From: Paragordius varius
Taxonomy: Eukaryota > Animalia > Nematomorpha
Direction: 5' to 3'
Length of the DNA stretch: 64,000 nt
Assembly (NCBI GenBank): GCA_964247055.1
Contig: OZ176059.1
Span: 1,054,001 to 1,118,000 of the forward strand
Position 1 is the first letter of the stretch. Every line of letters begins with the position of its first letter. The notes beneath the pieces were generated by a model. That model was not told the DNA's origin. It made no database searches and saw only the letters and a program-made list of their open reading frames with translations. Below are positions 25,501 to 39,100 of the stretch, piece by piece. The translations under genes were made by a program, and so were the position numbers.

Positions 25501-28500
25501 AATATGGATGTTAAGATTTTAATAGTGAGTTTAACTAGTAGTAATCAAAAAAAATATTTTAATATAGGTTATAAAAAAAAATTTTTGTTTTTTGAGTACG
25601 TTAATAGAAAAACGCCTTCCTTTGATTTAAGATTTTATAAAAACCCAAACTATATGATTTTAGGCTATTTATATATTGAAATATCTCCTAAAATTATAAT
25701 AAACCATAATATGTCAAATTTTATCATTATTTTTTGAATTATCCTTAATTATTTTCACTTTTTGCCCAATTTTAATTTTCTCTCAATATTTCAAAAACTA
25801 GGTGGTTAACACATAAAAATTTTTGCGGAAAATGAATTCGCGCTGGTCATAAACTATCTCATGAATTGTTCAAAAAAAATTTTTTTGTAACATTTTTTTG
25901 TTAAAATTTTTTTGCTAAAAATTTTTTAGGCCTATAAAACTAGCAAATTAGCTATTTCATATAATTCAACACGCCGTGCCAAATGGTGGACAAAACTAGG
26001 TTACCTTGCTTCCCATATTAATGTTAATAAGGGTGGAAACTCATCATCAACTATGACTTTACCACTTAAATCACTGAGACCAAACGGGGGTCCGACACCC
26101 CAATTATGTCTCATTATACTTAGGACATATCCACTCTTGGTTAATTTTTTGCTTAAAGTCATTTTTTTGTTGCAAAAGGTTTTTGTCGTTAGAATTCTCA
26201 AATTTTCCGTTTTTTTGATATAAGTTTATAATTTTGAATAATATGATGGAATATCAGCAAAATTAATAATAAATTTATTAATGAATTTTCGTTAAATTCC
26301 TCTAATTTCTTCGGATCAACACAAAATAAAATTAAAATAAAGATACAAATAAAAATTATGAAATATATTATAAAAACAAAGATGTATATCTATTTATAAA
26401 AAATTCCGTTATTGGGTGGATATGATTGATTTCTTTTTGTCCGTTTATATCTCCCGAATTTACAGTGGCGTATGGAGTAATACCATATTAGTTCATAAAA
26501 GAAAAAAAATGTTTTTTTTAAAAAAAACAATCCTAGTTGTAAATACACATATCTATAATATCCCCTTGTTTTTTCAAGAAAAACAATTTTTTATTCCATT
26601 ATGGACTAATATTGTTTTATTCCATACGCTTCTGTATATAATAGCTTTCTTTTATAATTTTTTGGTTTCGTTCTCTTTTTTATCTATTATCTCAACGTTA
26701 TCCCAATTATTTTGTGTCTGTACGCAAGTGCCGACACATTTACTTTGTTTCTTCTTTCTGCGGATTTGTGTTCTTTTATTCGAGTGTTTATACCTCTTTT
26801 AGTCTGTCTAATATAAATATCATCGCAATCATTACATTTGACTTTGTAAACTACAAATTTTACATCTTGTTAGATATGTAGATGATATAAAATTTGCATA
26901 GATGAGGAAAATAATACAAAAAAGTTACAAAAACAGTTTGATTGTACTAGCCTTTTACACTTCACTATAGAAAAAGAAAATAATAATAAAATCCCATTCC
27001 TCGATATATTGTTAACGAGAGACAATTATAATATTAAAACTCAAGTATATTATGAATCTGATACATACATAATTGATTATACCTCACACCAACCTCCAAA
27101 TTGTTTTAATTCTATAGTACACAGGTTACTACAACGTACATTATTAATTCCTAATGATATAAAAATGAAAACTGCACAAACATCGTTACTTGTTAAAAAG
27201 TTTTTAAAGAAAAATTATCCCCAGCACCTTATTACAAACGCTATAATTAAAATTATGAAACATAACGGAGTTAATAAAAATACGAAAAATAATGAGATTA
27301 ATAATAATAATAGTTACAGTAATACCGACAACAGAAAGGGAAAAAATACTAGTGATACCTTTTCACGAAAACGTCAGTTACAAAATCAAGGATATTTTAA
27401 AATCCAAGTTTCATATTATTTTTAAACCTCTTAATAACAACATTCGATAGGTACAAGAGAAAAATTTGTAGTTTACAAAGTCAAATGTAATGATTGCGAT
27501 GATGTTTATATTGGACAGACTAAAAAAGGTATAAACACTCGAATAAAAAAACACAAAGCCGCAGAAAGAAGAAACAAAGTAAATGTGTTGGCACTTGCGC
27601 ACAGACACAAAATTGATTGGGATAACGTTGAGATATTAGATAAAAAAGAGAACGAAACCAAAAAATGATTAAAAAAAGCTACTATATAAATAAGGAAGAT
27701 AATTAAATTAAATTAAAATAAATATACAAATTAAAATTATGAAATATTTTATAAAAACAAAAATATATATCTATTTATAAATTCCGTTATTGGGTTGTTT
27801 CTTTTTGTCCGTTTATTAATATTCCATATTTACAGTGGCGTATGGATTAAAACAATATTAGTCCATAATAGAATAAAAAATTGTTTTTCTTGAAAAAACA
27901 AGGGGATGTTATTACAACTAGGATTGTTTTTTTAAAAAAAACATTTTTTTTCTTTTATGGACTAATATTTTTTACTCCATACGCCACTGTAAATAAGGAA
28001 GATAAATTAATAAACCGACAAAAAGAGATCAATCAATCAACCCAATAACGGAATTTATAAACAGATATACATCTTTGTTTTTATAAAATATTTCATAAGT
28101 TTAATTTGTATCTTTATTTTAATTTTATTTTTGTGTTGATCCGAAGAAGTTAGAGGAATCTAACGAAAATTTATTAATAAATTTATTATTAATTTTGCTG
28201 ATATTACATCATATTATTCTAAAACATAATTCAGCCTATTGTTATGGTAAACAACGGATTGGTTATGTTTTGTAATAACAGTTGTTAAAATCCGTAATAT
28301 AACGATAAAGGATAATTAAGTAGAATTAAATGTCCATAATTTATCATGTTAAAATATTTAATTGCATTTTTGATATTGCTTTAAAGTATTAAAGTCATTC
28401 ATAATTTACTGGATTATAACTGCAAAAATTTACTTTTTTTCTTTTTTAACTATATGAACGAACCTCTTTCTGTAACATTTTTTTCTGAGTACTTTTTTTA

Positions 28501-29724
28501 AACTCCCTTTTAAACACTAAATTTATGTAGATCTTTGTACGATATTATTTGTGTCCATAAATTGTTTATTTGTGTTATTCTATCAATTTTGTAGAGAAAT
28601 TTAATTGCCATTGGTTTTTGTTTGGTGTTAATATGTAATTTTTTTGTGATACATAGGATTTTTTATGTCTTTTTAGTATGCATTTTATTGGTTGCTTATT
28701 TCACACTATAGTTGGGTAATTGCAACACAACAGTAGTGTATGGAAAAAGCAACAAAATGTAGAATAAACAATTATTTCCTTTCTTTTTTCCATACACTAC
28801 TGTGTTGCAATTTGCCCTACTATAGTGTTAAATAAGCAACCATTAAAATGCATACTGTAAATTCCGGTTAATGATTACCAATATTTATTTTAAACATGTG
28901 ATTTCTTTTAAATTATTAGCGGTTTCGTTTTTATAACATCATTAAAATGTTAGTCTAACTAGAGAAATAATAACTCTATAATAATTTTCTTGTAAAAATT
29001 TATTACAACCATTTTATAACATATAAAAACTTACTTATGATTAATTATAGTATCATATTAAAGGTTTTTATAAATAATATATTTTCATGTTTAGTATATT
29101 GTCAAGAAATCAAACAATACATCAGTTTGTGTTAATGAACGCACCTTTGAACAATATCATCAATTAATGCAATCCGAAAATCAATACGGGGACAATGATG
29201 GTTGGTTAGATGGTATATTATAATTAATTCTTTTTTTGCGTCACAATCAGTTATAACTGTGTTTATCAAATGGTAAAATTGAACACATTTTATAAAAATG
29301 TGTTTTATATGCAAAATCACATTTTATAAATTTTAATAAAGTAATTATATTCATTACTTTTTAGTTATTTATTTAGATTACACAATTTTGTGGTCTATTT
29401 TAGCCAAATAAAATTAATTTAAAAAGGACAAACAAATAAGGATTTTAATAAAATTTAAAAATTGTTAAATTTTTGAATGTAGAATTAGAAACACGATCCA
29501 TAATTTCATTACCATATATTTTTAATTTAGAAAAAATTATAAAATATATTTATTTATAAACATTTAGGTGTAATTGAAATTGAGCCAGAAATTTATTATT
29601 TAAATATAAAACTAAATTATATATAATATGTTTATTTTAAATTTTCCTTTTTATTGGATATAATATATCTCAAAAAAAGTGTATATTATATTTAATTAAT
29701 TTACCATTTATATTTATATATCTT

Positions 29725-29763
<39 letters not shown>

Positions 29764-32700
29764 TTACTAGATTTCAGCTATGAAAATGTTAAACATGGTC
29801 AAGATGCCCACAAAAAAGAATTATTAACTGACGAGGAGAATAATAATAGCAGTGAAGACGAAGGACAAAATAAGGAAAATGATAAAATAACCATAACTAA
29901 AATTACACGAATTTTACGGGTATTTTTTTAATAAACAAAATTTATGATTAAAATGTTAATATATATCCAAAATAATGAAATAATGCTATTTTTTGCAATG
30001 GAGAAAATTAATTTTAGAAATATATAATATTATGGTTTTTTATTTTCCTATCCATTTTTATGGTAACCAACCATGTATGTGAGATTTTGGATGTATATTA
30101 ATTTATATTAAAAATACCTCTATTTGTTATGAAACAAAAACTCTGTTAGAATAAAAAACTTTATTGATGTTCATTAATATAAATTTTTCACAATGGAACA
30201 TATCGTTGCTTATTCCCCGTATATCGCTTTTTTAATCCGTACTTTTTTTCATAACTATTTATTTAGCTTAGAGTTACTGATAAATCTTGGCTTTTCCATA
30301 CATGTAATTCGTCGAACCCTACTAAAAACTCACATACCAATAATCAAAGTTATAACGATAAAAATAATATTTCAAATGCAAATTCAAATTCAAATCTAAA
30401 ATATATGGTAACTAAATCATGTATTTTAACCATATACGATCCAACAGATGATATGATATCCCATTTTGAGAGTCGAAAAGCTACACAAAAATACTGTATA
30501 GTATCATGCCTTAATGTCACTTCAAACGTATATAATAATAATAATAGCATGCTCAACTGTAATAATACATGTAATGACATGACCACTATTAAAAGAAACC
30601 ATGAATATTATTATGAAAATGCCTCATTATCATTGAACACAAATATATCGACCACAAAGTATATATTATATAAATTATGGAATTACTGAATTAAATACAT
30701 TATAATAGGTAAAAAAAGGAATGTAAATAAAAATATGGAAACAAAAAATTGTGTCTGCGAAACGAACCATTTTTATAAATAAAAACTTTTGATGACCAAT
30801 GTGAATAGTAGATAATTAATTTATGCGCGTTTATTGTGTTAAATTGTTTTTCAGATATATATATATATATATATATATAAATAACCTTATCTCTATAACA
30901 CATAATTATATCAATATTTGCAACTTAATTTAACCCTACCTTTTTAGATTCGATCTTATTCCCTCAAATTTTATAAATTTATTCTACAACTTCTAGTTAA
31001 TCAATATATAATAAGAAGATTAACTTGATTTAAAACAGTTTAAATGCATTCTGCCTTTAATTTATTAGATATTAAAAACATTGTCGCCAAAAATATTTTA
31101 GAGAAAACGATAAAGGGGGTATTCCTGATTTGGAATTTTCATTCCACGAAGTATTTCATATTCACAATATTTATACTTTGTGGTAATCTGAGGTTATTTT
31201 TTACATAACACATGCCCTTGTGTACAACTAATGATTTTACAGTTATTAGAAACTGGCCTTTGCTGTCGGCCAGGTGGGAATATGACTTTGTTGGCCCTAG
31301 AGAAAGATATACCATTTATAATTGAAATTCACCCTAAAAATAAGTTAGTTTTTTCGAGCTAACATAACTCATTAATACGAAAGTAATGTATCATTATGGC
31401 TTAGTTTATATTTTTTTAGTATTATTTTAATTACAAACGAAAAGTTTTCATTCTTTTAAAATATAAAAAATAGAGGTAATTTTTTATCTTAATAAACATA
31501 TAATTTATTTTAGGGTGAATTTGTATTGTTTGAGGGTAAATTTGAAGTAAAAATGGTATAAATTAAATTATTTATGAGAAATATTTCAGTTCTGTGATAT
31601 TTTTCCAATTGGATTTTATATAAACAATTTTTTTTAATTATTTGCAGATCAATGGCTGGAAATAACAATATTCACCTAAAAACAAATCCCCGTAGCATTA
31701 TAAATTTGTATGAAACAAAAAATTATTTGGGCGATAATATATTTCCACAATTAATGCCTGATATCCAGGTAAATAAACAGCTTGTAAAAAATTGGTTATT
31801 GTTACTTTTTGTTTTAATATAATATAACATTCAAAACACTTACAGTAAAAATTGAATTATACGGACAAAATGTAAAAAATAAAGATAATCTATATATTTA
31901 TAAAAATGGAAAATGCTGGCTTTGTGATCTGGTACAGAAAAAACGGTAGACCCATTCAAATCCAAACTTCGAAAAAATATAATCATTAATGAATGCCCCG
32001 ACAATAGTTTCGCCCTTTTTTTGAAATAGGCCCCCAGTTCGGGCCCACCCCGTGTGAAAAATGGTTTTTTTTTTGAAAACAGAAGTCCACAAAAATCGTG
32101 TCTTTGAGACAATTTTCCGGAGAACGTGTTGGACCATTCAATTTCAATTATGATTTTTATTTACTTATTTTCGATTGCGCCGAACATAGTCGTCTCGCTT
32201 TTTTAATTTAGGCCCTCTTTTTACCCGCTACCCCCGTAAAATGCCATTTCAAAAAACCAAGTCCACAAAAATAATTTTTTAAATCTATTTTTCGCCCTAG
32301 GTATGAAACCGTAAAAATTCTATATGGATTCCACGTATTCCCTGTTAAAAGGCAAAATTTTGGGTAAGGAGATACCCGCTAAAAACTGATTCCTCATGTA
32401 ACTTTGTGATCTGCTACCGGTAGATCCATTCAAATCCAAACTTCGAACCCCCCCTCCCCAGAAGTCCGAAGGACTTCCTCTGGCTGCGTAGCAGCATTAC
32501 GCTAGTTTTTTTATAAAAGACAACCATACCCTTTTAAACCTTATCTTATCCTATAAAAAAATTTAATTAGAATCGTAAAATATATAATTGATTGTGTTAC
32601 CAATTTACATTTTCACATTATACTTTGTAGTTTTAAACAATGAGTAATATTAAAAAAAATCGGGATTAAAAAAGTTTGATCTTATAAAAAAATATTTGTC

Positions 32701-35700
32701 TTTATATTTTCACGTTTTGTCCGTTTAATTACAATTTTTACTGTATTTCAAAAATATGGTACTTTATAGCTTTTCAAAAGTAAAAAAATACTCTCTTTAT
32801 ATATAGATATATATATCAGTTGTGTTTTTATATTTTTTTTACAATAAATTAATTATTTTTATATATTATTAAATGCTTCAAAAGCAAAAATTTTAATTTT
32901 TTTCTATAATTATCTAAAAATATTTATAGGTAAATATTAATATTCTTATATATTATGCGTTTAGGATTTAGAAAGTTTATTACAATATATAAATCGGCAT
33001 CAAGTGCCAATCAATACATTGGATAAATATTATCGAGAAGTTAATTTTGTTGGACGTGTCATACAATCACCGCTAATTGATAAATCTATGTTGGCCAATA
33101 TAAATAATCATCATCATATCGGGGGCAGTAATAAAAAGTATGTACTGTCTTTTATTTTTTTTATATAATTATACGATTTAAAGTATTTTTAGATTGAGTC
33201 AAAAATATGTTTTAACTATTTTTATCACCAAATAATATGGGACAGTAAAAAGTTTAATAAGACGCAGACATATAAATATATGTATTTTTGAAACAAGACA
33301 GCCGCCACCACACTTTTACAAACCTTGAATTTAACATACCTATCATCTTTTTGAGTTGCAAAAGGAATAGAGATGTAAATTGGTATATATAGATTTCACA
33401 ACTTCATGTTGGTTATAAAAAAAATCATGGTTTAAAAAGTATGGTATGGGTGTCATTATACAGTAAATGAAATTATACGGGAAAACCATAAAAGTATAAA
33501 GACGAAATTTTTTTTATAGGTAACCATACTTTTTCAAACCTTAAATTATCAAAATATATAATTGATTGTTTTACCAATTTTCTCTCTGTTTTATGCTTTA
33601 GAGCTTAAAACAATGAGGTATATTAAAAAAATTTAAAAAGTATGGTTGTTTTTTAAAAAAAATATTTGTTTTTATAATTTTACGTTTTCTCCGTATAATT
33701 TTAATTTTTACTGTAAGAAATGTTATATAGTTTTTTAAATTTGTTTTAAACCATTAATGTGGTTACCATCTGTCAAAATTTTTATACATATTTTAACTTA
33801 AATAAATAAATTTATATAAAATTACGGTAAAACATTAGTTTTTATAAATTATTATAAATATTTTAAATAAACGCTTAAGTTTATTCTGTTTGGTAGGGGT
33901 ACAACATAAGTGTTATATTGTGTTCTATTAATTGCTTAATTAAAAAATCAAAGTTAAAAAAAGATTATGTTAGTTTCTTGTCTAAAACTTACACTTAAAA
34001 TTGAAAAAGGCTTATATATAGACTAATTTTTTTTATATAGAAAAAATATTTTTTCATATAATAAACATTATGATTACGATTGTGAAAAATATAATTAAGT
34101 GTGTCAATTTATATATCAATTCCTTATTCCCGAAACCCATATGTTATGGTCAAATAATAAGGATCAAATAGATATGGTTGTCTTTATTAATGAAATGTAT
34201 ATTAGCCTCTTATTTTTAAAATTTGTTTTTAAAGCTTAATTTTAACTATATAATTAACAAACAAATAATAGGTATAGTTTCTGTAAAAATTTAAAATCAT
34301 AACAAAACGTAAATATATAAACGACAAATTAAATATAGCGCCATAATTTTAAACCCTAGTTTTTTTCTCTATTAAATGATTCAAAGGTGAAATGTATATA
34401 ATTGAGTGTGTTAATTGATTCTTTAAATATTAATGTTAAATAAAATATATTTTTGTATTAAAAAAATAATGTTAGTCATTCAGTTTTTTCCTTTGTCTGA
34501 ATAATTTTAAAAAACCAACAACTTATTATAATAACTAATTTTAGCCTTAATGCCGCCTCAACCATGAAAGAATTTGGTGATGGCAATTATCAAATGCATC
34601 ATCCTTGTGTAGTTAATATGCTTACAAAGGATTGGAATATTGTCTTTATTAAATTTCGAACCCTTAAAGAATATCTGGTTTTAGTTTGATTTTTATACCA
34701 TATATTTGAGTTAAAATGTAAATCTTTTGATTATGTGAGCCAAAGATTAGATTTTACCAGCTCATCAATATAATAAATGAAGAAATCGGCTAAATTATTA
34801 AAAATATTTAAATATAAATATATACCTATAATATAATTTTGCTAATTTTCAAATTAGCACTGATTATTATACCATTTGCACTTCAATAGTGTCCTTGAAC
34901 ACTTCAAGTTGGTCCTTAACTTTTTAATTTGTTATTAACTTTTCTCAATCAAACCGTGAATTATTCGTCTATATCCATTATTAACCTATTCTCTAGAAAC
35001 CAAACTTTTAATATCATTTTTTAATTATTCTGAAACCATATATCGTTATTAAGTTCTTAAAAAATATTTTTTTTGTTAACAAGACGATCGAAAAAATATA
35101 TATCTTGGTTATTAATTACAATTTTAAGTTGAAAAAATATATGATTGAATATTATTTTTGTAGTGGAAAAAATAGTTCAAAACAAAAAAGTGGTTTATGA
35201 TTGAAAAATATTCAAAATAAATAATTATGTATAATCAAGAAAATTAGTTTAAAAAATAATTAAATAAATAAATTTATAGTTATATCCAAAGTTAAAAAGT
35301 TTAAAGACCAACGAAAATTCTTCAAGGAAACTCAAAGTGCAAATGGTATTGTATACTACAATTCAATTTAAAAAAGTTTTAAACGTATCACATTTTCTTA
35401 CTTGGACATATAAAAATTTTACAGTATGAATTTGCTAAACACCACCTTTTTTGTGATTATAATTATTTTTGCCATTGTTAAAAATAAAACAGAGTGTTAC
35501 AAATAATTTTTGTACTTTTAAATTATAGCGTATATATATATATATATATATATGTATATTGTTATGTAGGATTTAGGATATCATCAATTATTTCAACCCG
35601 GTAATGATATATATGTCCATCATGTATATTATTTATATTCATCTCCTTTGATTTGTAAAACTGCTCTACCCCTAACCGAGGAAACGAAGTATTTAGAATA

Positions 35701-36130
35701 AAAATTATTTATTGGAAATATATAGATAATAATCTTAATCATTGATGCTACAGTGAAGTTTTTAAAATTATCCGCACATTTAAAAAATATGTATTAAACA
35801 TATAAATATGTAGAAAAACAATCAATTTTGTCAAATAGATAATTAATTTATTTCTAATCTGATCTTTATACTTTGGTTCAACTTTAACCTCTTAATAAAT
35901 GTATTTTTGAAAACACATTTTTTGCAAATTTATTATTATACATTTTTTTATAGTTTGAATTTATATCAAAATAATTTAGAAATTTTTTTTTATTTACTTT
36001 AATCATATTATTACTACGCAGAGATATTATGAACGATATATTTTTACATATTATCAAAGTTTTTATAATTTTATCGCTTATTATTATCAATTTTAAACAA
36101 TAGCATTATGCTGCTTTTTGTTTTAATTAA

Positions 36131-36167
<37 letters not shown>

Positions 36168-39100
36168 TTACAGGACTAATTCTATCGGACAAAATTTAAT
36201 TTACGTGTCAGCTTCCAATTACTCCCATTTTTCTAAGTCGCCTAAAACACAGTATCAGGATTTGTCCTGTCGAATGACGGAATTAAAACAATGGATTCAG
36301 GTTTTTATAATTTTTTTTTAATATTTAAAAAATAAAACATTTCAGATATATCAATTTTGAGTTGAGATTGCCTTAAGCCAATAACGAAGGCATCCATAAT
36401 ACGCTCTTCAATAAATCCTTGAACTTGGCCTTTCCGGCTGTTATTTAAACACCCGCTCTAAGAATTGGGTAAAGGTTTGAGTATTGTTCCGCGTAAAAAT
36501 TTAAATCGACTTTGAAATTTCGATTTTGTGGCATTGAACTTTTTAGGCCTGTTGCCTTGATCTCGCCCCGAGTTGCATCCTTAATTATCGGATATAATAA
36601 TTGATCATTTTACTCATAACTAACAGTACAACATAAGAAAGCAACGTTGTTTTAAACGCTTGCTCGGTTACTGGAATCTCTTTGGATTCCATAACGTTTG
36701 CCATGTGGTCAATGTTTTCCTCAAACTTAGTATTTTCAATATCATATATTATCTTTATAATTTAATCCAACAAACTGATAATAAATTCCTAACGAAATGA
36801 CACGCCAGTGCCAATTTGGCCAACCTGTGCATTTAAAAATTTGATGATAATATTAAGTTTGAGGAATACATCGACTACATAACAAATCTTATGGAAGCCA
36901 AAGAGATTTCAGTAACTGACAAACCACTCAAAACAACGATGTTTTATGGTAGACTGTTGGTTTTGCGTAAAATCAATCAACGATTATATTCCACAAAATT
37001 TGGATTCAAGGTGGGGGCGAATAAGGCAACCACCCTAAAAATTTCCATCCCGCCAAATCTATACTCCAAAGTCGTTCGAATTTTTGTTGACTTTTTCGAA
37101 GTAATGCTGAAACCTTTACCCAATTCTTAGACCGGGTTAAGAAGACGGTGGCCACCATGGAACCGCTAAAAGGCGTGTAACAACAGTTGGCCTGTCAAAT
37201 CAACTATAGCCTTGAAAGTATATGGCGTTATAGCGATGACTCAACCATTCGATAACGTCTATGTATTCTTATTTGAATGGAATGAGTATTAGAGTCGCAA
37301 GGATGAGCGTCTAAGGCATTAAACTTGGACTCCTCGGCTGCTATCTTAACCCGCTTTAAGAATTGCGTTTAAAGGTTTCGGCATTGCTCCGAACCAAATC
37401 GACATTGGAAGTTAGATTATGTGGTATTGAAAATTTTAGAACCGTTGCCTTACAGTCTATCTCCTAGTAAATGATTTCTTAGACTGCATAAAACAACTAT
37501 AAATAAAACTGAACCTATAATATTTTTCGTGCTGAAATCAGTTAATTGAAAAAAATTGCTTATTTATTATATGTATATGTTATTAAATTATTTCTCATCA
37601 GCATCAGATTAATATTTCTAACTGAACATTGATAAAATGGAAATTTCCAGGAACACGTTTTTAGTGTTTCAATGGCCGTTTTTTACATTTTTATGCCGAC
37701 TAATGTTAACAGAATCTTTATATATAATGACCATTTTAAAAAAATGCTATTCCCATTGTAATTTTGTGATGAAAAAAAGGAAATTCCAATATATAAAACA
37801 AAATTTCAATTTTGGACAATATATATATGTACTTTTAAAAATCCATTTTATAATATTAATTTTAGCACTTAAAGCGTATGTCTCCTCTCAGGTAAATGTT
37901 TTGTGAGAGAACGGAAAAATTTCCGGATGAAAAATTATTTTAGATAAAATATATAAAAATATTATATATACAGTATAAGCCCCTTTAAATATATTGTGGC
38001 TAGATAAGAGGGGCGAAGCCAATGGGAAAATATTCCTATATTAAGCATTTTTTCAGTAATATTATAATGTGCATTTTAACCATATTTCCAATAGGATTTA
38101 TTTAGACTTCACTCGCAGGAACTTATATTACAATGCTTGATTGATATTCTCAAACCTTTCCAATCTAACAACCAGCACTATGTAATATTTATATTTTGAT
38201 ACATTAAACAAATTTTTATTATGATGTCCAAGGGTGTGTATGTAAATTATAATTTTTAGATTCGATTAACTATGGATCAATTTTCGGAATGTATATTTAA
38301 TTTAAATTATATTAATCCATATTTAACAACTTTAATTAGGCTTTTTCAAAAAATCTAAAAAAATGTTCATTTTTATTTCTAAATTACGGCCCTTTTAACA
38401 AATATTTAACTTTTATCACTTTATATATTTTACGACTTGACATTTTAAACACTATTTGTATATGTAATATTAAATACAGCATGCTTCATATCAAAAATTT
38501 AATCCATACCGTACCTCTACCCCTAATACCCTTGATCGAAAATCTAAAATTCGCCCAAATTATCCAATGAAACCGGGACAACACACCAACGATATGTTAC
38601 TTATGTCACACGAAATCGAAACATTTAACACTACCTGTCCAAATGCATCTTACCCTATTATCCAACAAATAAATGTAAAGAAAGAATACCCAATCGATAA
38701 TAATAATATGGACGTGGACGCCTTGCATTGTGAGAAATTTAATAATTTTAGTAATAATTACACTGCTCATACAACGTCTAAGGTGAAAAAACGCCATGGT
38801 TTTTTTACTTATGAAAAGGGTGCCGGACCAGAAACCATGTGCATTGGTGACGATGATACATCATATCATTCTGACGCCGTTAATGGTGAAAATGATGTAA
38901 CAAATTACAGTAAAGTAGGTAGTAATATAACGAAAAATGTCACAATACCACCTATTGATGATAATTTATCGGATCGTGCACTTAGCATGTTGTTAGATGA
39001 ACCATTTGATTTATGCATATTATCACCATCTCCGCATTCGAAAAAACGTATGCTAACCAAAATATCACCGGTGGCCATATCTGAAAATAGCAATCCCCAC

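Larger units (their letters stand above)
26236..28220 (+). mobile_element. Penelope-like retroelement remnant with inverted pseudo-LTR
   Basis: RT-thumb-like LDILLTR...QVYY...DYTSHQP (ORF 27009-27425) and GIY-YIG VYKVKCNDCDDVYIGQTKK...TRIKKH...HKIDWDNVEIL (about 27460-27650). 26236-26870 is an inverted copy of the GIY-YIG end and 3' tail. Confidence 0.88.

Noticed and set aside
24867-26802. Several 60-128 aa F/I/K/Y-rich ORFs
   Set aside because: They lie within foldback, MITE or Penelope repeats and have the composition of non-coding AT-rich DNA.
37590-37906. Candidate extra BRCA2 exons (ORF 37637-37906; ALKAYVSSQ micro-exon)
   Set aside because: Phases do not join the flanking exons without stops, whereas 35754-35790 gives a clean join.
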